From Armatimonadota bacterium (GTDB lineage: Bacteria > Vulcanimicrobiota > JACPDS01 > JBDRKI01), in NCBI GenBank assembly GCA_043814095.1, contig JBDRKI010000017.1, positions 1 to 21,036 of the forward strand: 21,036 nt of DNA. Reading direction: 5' to 3'. The notes beneath the pieces are model-generated. The model had not been told where the DNA came from, ran no database searches, and saw only the letters and a list, made by a program, of their open reading frames with translations. This document shows positions 17,898-21,036 of the stretch, in pieces. Made by a program: the position numbers and the translations under genes. How positions within the stretch are numbered: the stretch's first letter is position 1; every line of letters starts with the position of its first letter.

Positions 17898-17955
17898 ATT
17901 GTAACATTAAGTTATTAACAAATTATTGCCAAATTGTTAACAAATTGTTAACTTT
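17898..17955 (-). promoter_or_regulatory. Extended -10 promoter with four 11-bp tandem repeats (OmpR/PhoB-family operator-like)
   Basis: Minus strand TG-T-TACAAT (17898-17906). Repeats on + strand: TTATTAACAAA / TTATTGCCAAA / TTGTTAACAAA / TTGTTAACTTT at 17912, 17923, 17934, 17945. Confidence 0.6.
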
Positions 17956-17998
17956 TTGTGCTTACATAAAAACATCTTAAAATAAGGAATTTAGAAAT

Positions 17999-18023
17999 AA
18001 AAAAACTGCCTTTTAGGCAGTTT
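17999..18023 (-). terminator. Intrinsic terminator of the NAGPA-domain gene
   Basis: Minus strand AAAACTGCCT-AAA-AGGCAGTTTTTT, 30 nt past the stop codon. Confidence 0.85.
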
Positions 18024-18053
18024 TCAGACAATTTTTCTCTTAAAAATAGATAT

Positions 18054-19805
18054 CTATATACTTACCTCAACCGGTTCCAGTCCCTCAGATTCAATATTAA
18101 TCTTTATCTTACCGGGAGTTTCTTTAACTATATTAAGCTTAACTATGCCGTCTTTATCTGTTGTTAATCTCTTTTTATCATTCCCTATTACGAGATTAAC
18201 TTCTTTGCCCCATACAGGATTATAATACCGGTCATTTACAAGTATCTGCAGTTCATATTTATCTTTATCATTTCTCTCTATATCGGTAAAAATATATTTA
18301 GGTTCGCCTGCTTTAAATAAGACATCGGCACCGGCCTCAACAAAACCGCAGCGCGCAGTTACTTTCCAATAACCCAGCTTTCTGCCAATCTTAAAGTAGG
18401 CATGGGCCATGCCGTCATTTACGGTCTTTGCAGATACCGATATTCTGCCGTTCTCAGTATAAAAAAATACGGGAGTTCCGGGTGGAACGGGATTCCCCTG
18501 CCTGTCAAAAACAAAAGCATTTACGCCTATCATGCTTTCACCGTCTGCCGTAACCTCTGGAGACAAAACTTCAATTCTCATGGCGCTTGGCATTAAATTG
18601 GGAGATTCATCAAAAACAAGAAAACCGTCCGCTATTTTCCTTTCAAATTTGCTCTTTGCCTCAGGCGGCGCGCTTATAACATTATCCTCAACGCACATTA
18701 AAGTAGATCCTCCCCCGTCAAGATTCATGCCCTGCATAACACCAAGCTCTCTTAACCTGTTTGCGAGGGAATAAAGCCTTATTCCCTGCCCCTCATTTGA
18801 CGTATAACCGCTTACGGTCATAAAGACAAGCTTATCATCCTTTGTGACCCCCAGAGACGATCTACCGGCATTTTTTGAGGTTATATCATTGCCGCCCTTG
18901 CCTAATTTTTCCTCCATAGCGGTAATATGTATCTTCCCGTCCTTAATAAGCCTGGGACCCGCGCCTAAAGCATAAACTACATCTGACCAGTCCCCGCTGC
19001 CGTCTTTGGTAAAAATGCGCCCGTTTTTAGAAAAAATGCGGTCAAATATAATTTTTTTATCCTTTGTAATACCGAAAGCGGTTCTTGCTGGACGGGTTTT
19101 AACGGCATCTGAGACAACTTTGCCGTCAATAATAACAAGGCCTAACGGACCTCCCCCTCTTGCAAAATACCCACCGTTTATGCCGGCTAAAGCGCCTTTT
19201 TTAACAACCATCTCAGACAGCTTGCCTCTTGATTTGGTATCATCATTAGCCAGAACCACGTTAAAACTTACCCCGGGAGCATTTTTATCAATGAGAAGTT
19301 CGTTTATCCATAACTTATCTTTCTGTCCTATTACAAGCTTCTGTGTAAGAACTATATTCTTTGTTAGATATAAATTATTGGTAACGGTATACTCCCTGAA
19401 TATATCTATAACCAGCCTGTCGGGATTCTTAAAAACCGCATCCTCTATATTCGCCTGTGTAATCTTGTATTTAAACTTTATCACAAACTGGACCCTGCGG
19501 AAATTAACCGTTTTCTGTTCAATACCGGATACAAGATAATCATACCTGAATGGAGTAAGTTTAAAAGAAGAAGCGGGACCGGTATTTACAAAATCAACGG
19601 TAATCTCTTTCCCGTCGTTGCTTAAATAAATTGAATATTCGGGTACTTTAGAAGTCTCAAATACAAGTCTTACCTTCTGCTTATAATACCCGTACTTATA
19701 TAAAAGAAGCTCATTAGCGCTGTTATCTACTCTAACAGACTCTTCTGCAAAAACAAGTCCTGTAAGGAAAATAAATATTAATATAATTGCAACTAATTTT
19801 TTCAT
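18054..19805 (-). CDS. Exported AMIN domain + phosphodiester glycosidase (NAGPA family) + Ig-like (Big_1-type) protein
   Basis: Start re-assigned to 19805 (MKKLVAII..VFA-E; AAAGGA 8 nt upstream; TAATG overlap). AMIN (VRLVFE...NPDRLVIDI), NAGPA motifs INGGYF, GAGPRL, RSSLG, NLDGGGST, then Ig-like VTADG...VFDRQGNPV. Confidence 0.88.
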   Translation of the reverse strand: MKKLVAIILIFIFLTGLVFAEESVRVDNSANELLLYKYGYYKQKVRLVFETSKVPEYSIYLSNDGKEITVDFVNTGPASSFKLTPFRYDYLVSGIEQKTVNFRRVQFVIKFKYKITQANIEDAVFKNPDRLVIDIFREYTVTNNLYLTKNIVLTQKLVIGQKDKLWINELLIDKNAPGVSFNVVLANDDTKSRGKLSEMVVKKGALAGINGGYFARGGGPLGLVIIDGKVVSDAVKTRPARTAFGITKDKKIIFDRIFSKNGRIFTKDGSGDWSDVVYALGAGPRLIKDGKIHITAMEEKLGKGGNDITSKNAGRSSLGVTKDDKLVFMTVSGYTSNEGQGIRLYSLANRLRELGVMQGMNLDGGGSTLMCVEDNVISAPPEAKSKFERKIADGFLVFDESPNLMPSAMRIEVLSPEVTADGESMIGVNAFVFDRQGNPVPPGTPVFFYTENGRISVSAKTVNDGMAHAYFKIGRKLGYWKVTARCGFVEAGADVLFKAGEPKYIFTDIERNDKDKYELQILVNDRYYNPVWGKEVNLVIGNDKKRLTTDKDGIVKLNIVKETPGKIKINIESEGLEPVEVSI

Positions 19806-20296
19806 TATCCGCATCCTTTATGATCAATAAATCTGCCCCAGGGTATCATATTTAATTTCTCATCTATCTTTTCAAAAATCTCAATATGTGAAGCTTTAAA
19901 ATCCTGCCATATAGCCCATCTCCTGTCTTCTTTTTCATCTTTTAAAAGTTCGATTTTAACTATTCTTTTCTCTTTCTTATCGGGATCAAGTTCATAGAAT
20001 TTCAAACAATCTTCGTCTACTTCATAGTTTGCAATATGATGGTATAAAGGGGATGATACTGTATAACTGCCGTCTCCTTCGGGGTTAAATTCCGCGGGCT
20101 GCCATCCTATATCCAGCTCAAACCCGCCGTCTAATTTCTCATAAACATTTACAATCTTTACTTTATCAACAATGATAGGATGAATTTTTGTTTTCTTACC
20201 TTCCTCATAAATACTTATAATAGCGCCCTGATCTGTATAACTATCCAGCTTTTCCTGCAGTTCTATTATCAATGAATTTAATAAAGCGCTTTTCAT
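19805..20296 (-). CDS. Hypothetical soluble protein (163 aa, highly charged)
   Basis: GGAGG SD, ATG start, stop overlaps the next start. No motif recognised. Confidence 0.7.
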   Translation of the reverse strand: MKSALLNSLIIELQEKLDSYTDQGAIISIYEEGKKTKIHPIIVDKVKIVNVYEKLDGGFELDIGWQPAEFNPEGDGSYTVSSPLYHHIANYEVDEDCLKFYELDPDKKEKRIVKIELLKDEKEDRRWAIWQDFKASHIEIFEKIDEKLNMIPWGRFIDHKGCG

Positions 20297-20359
20297 AACG
20301 GCCTCCGTGCCTTTTTCATATTTTTATTCACCAATTTTATATATAATCCTGTATGATAT

Positions 20360-20391
20360 GAAAAAACAGCCCCGGGGGGAGCTGTTTTTTC
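20360..20391 (-). terminator. Intrinsic terminator after the secreted 159-aa protein gene
   Basis: Minus strand GAAAAAACAGCTCC-CCCC-GGGGCTGTTTTTTC; A/T tracts on both sides. Confidence 0.85.
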
Positions 20392-20414
20392 AACACTAAC
20401 TTAAAATATCTATC

Positions 20415-20894
20415 TTATTCATCAGCTAATGTCCAGGTTATGACTTTTGAAAAATCAGCAGGTAAACCGGCTGCAACGTTTGCATAGAATTTTAGCTCAT
20501 AAGCGTTTCCCCCTGCGACTGTTTCAATACTGGTAACCGTACTTTGAGCCGTAGTATTAAGCGTCACATCGCCAGCGCTCACTGAATTTCCATTAACAGC
20601 ATTTACATTCGCTACCAAGCTTGTGTTTGACGGCATATTTGAGTTGATTGCTGCGGTTATTTTTTTGCCGGCAGTTTCATTTGTGGTAATACTATAAGTT
20701 ACAGTATTATTAAAGTCAAAGGTTGGCTGCGAACCTGCTGTTGCTGCGTCTACTGTTAATGTTATGTCTGAATCCATGACAAGTTCGTTGATCGCGTCTA
20801 TTTCATAATACACGGTCTGAGTGTCGGTTGAACCGGCAAACGCGGCCGCGCTCATGAAAGCTATAGCGATAAGAACTATTATCAGCTTTTTCAT
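20415..20894 (-). CDS. Secreted T/N/A-rich beta protein, possible fimbrial/pilin-like subunit
   Basis: Strong SD AAAGGAGG, SPI signal peptide (..AAAFA-G), about 139-aa mature beta-rich chain (TQTVYYEIDAINEL, TYSITTN, terminal strand KVITWTLADE), own terminator. Function inferred. Confidence 0.6.
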   Translation of the reverse strand: MKKLIIVLIAIAFMSAAAFAGSTDTQTVYYEIDAINELVMDSDITLTVDAATAGSQPTFDFNNTVTYSITTNETAGKKITAAINSNMPSNTSLVANVNAVNGNSVSAGDVTLNTTAQSTVTSIETVAGGNAYELKFYANVAAGLPADFSKVITWTLADE

Positions 20895-21036
20895 TTAGGT
20901 GTTCCTCCTTTCTTTTTGTTTTATTTAATGGCTTTTTATGCCTTTAAATCTTGCTTACGGGAAGTGTCTTTCCCCCTTCCCACTTATATTATACCCCCCC
21001 CGTGCATATACAGATATAGGTCAAAAGGAGTATTTT

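Noticed and set aside
220..19539. Numerous short antisense or alternate-frame ORFs in the track (e.g. 220-636, 2598-2993, 10706-11167, 19006-19539)
   Set aside because: They shadow well-supported genes and show no recognisable motifs.

Overview
AT-rich bacterial window from a diderm Terrabacteria-type organism. The SLH-porin N-terminus, the single lptFG and DUF3084 suggest Armatimonadota/Ca. Eremiobacterota or a similar lineage (inference). Left edge: one end of a probable IS1202/ISNCY-like insertion sequence (TGT terminus at 140, subterminal repeats, first 11 codons of a transposase running out of the window on the - strand), which the ORF track misses. The + strand carries lptC-lptB-lptFG-DUF3084-yqgF/ruvX-like, two paralogous secreted YncE/YVTN beta-propellers, secA, prfB (programmed +1 frameshift, true start 9326, unusual CTT TGA A context), a stand-alone hisC-family aminotransferase, and a highly expressed SLH-coiled coil-beta-barrel (OmpM/SlpA-like) gene behind a 437-bp structured leader. 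Converging on the - strand are a 1116-aa orphan with four tandem Fis-HTH-like repeat modules and a Pho-box-like promoter, an AMIN-NAGPA-Ig protein, a small hypothetical and a secreted pilin-like protein. Most of the window is envelope housekeeping. The best candidates for new biology are the orphan repeat protein with its 11-bp operator array and the double SD/anti-SD leader of the SLH porin. All family calls come from motif recognition by eye; no searches were run.
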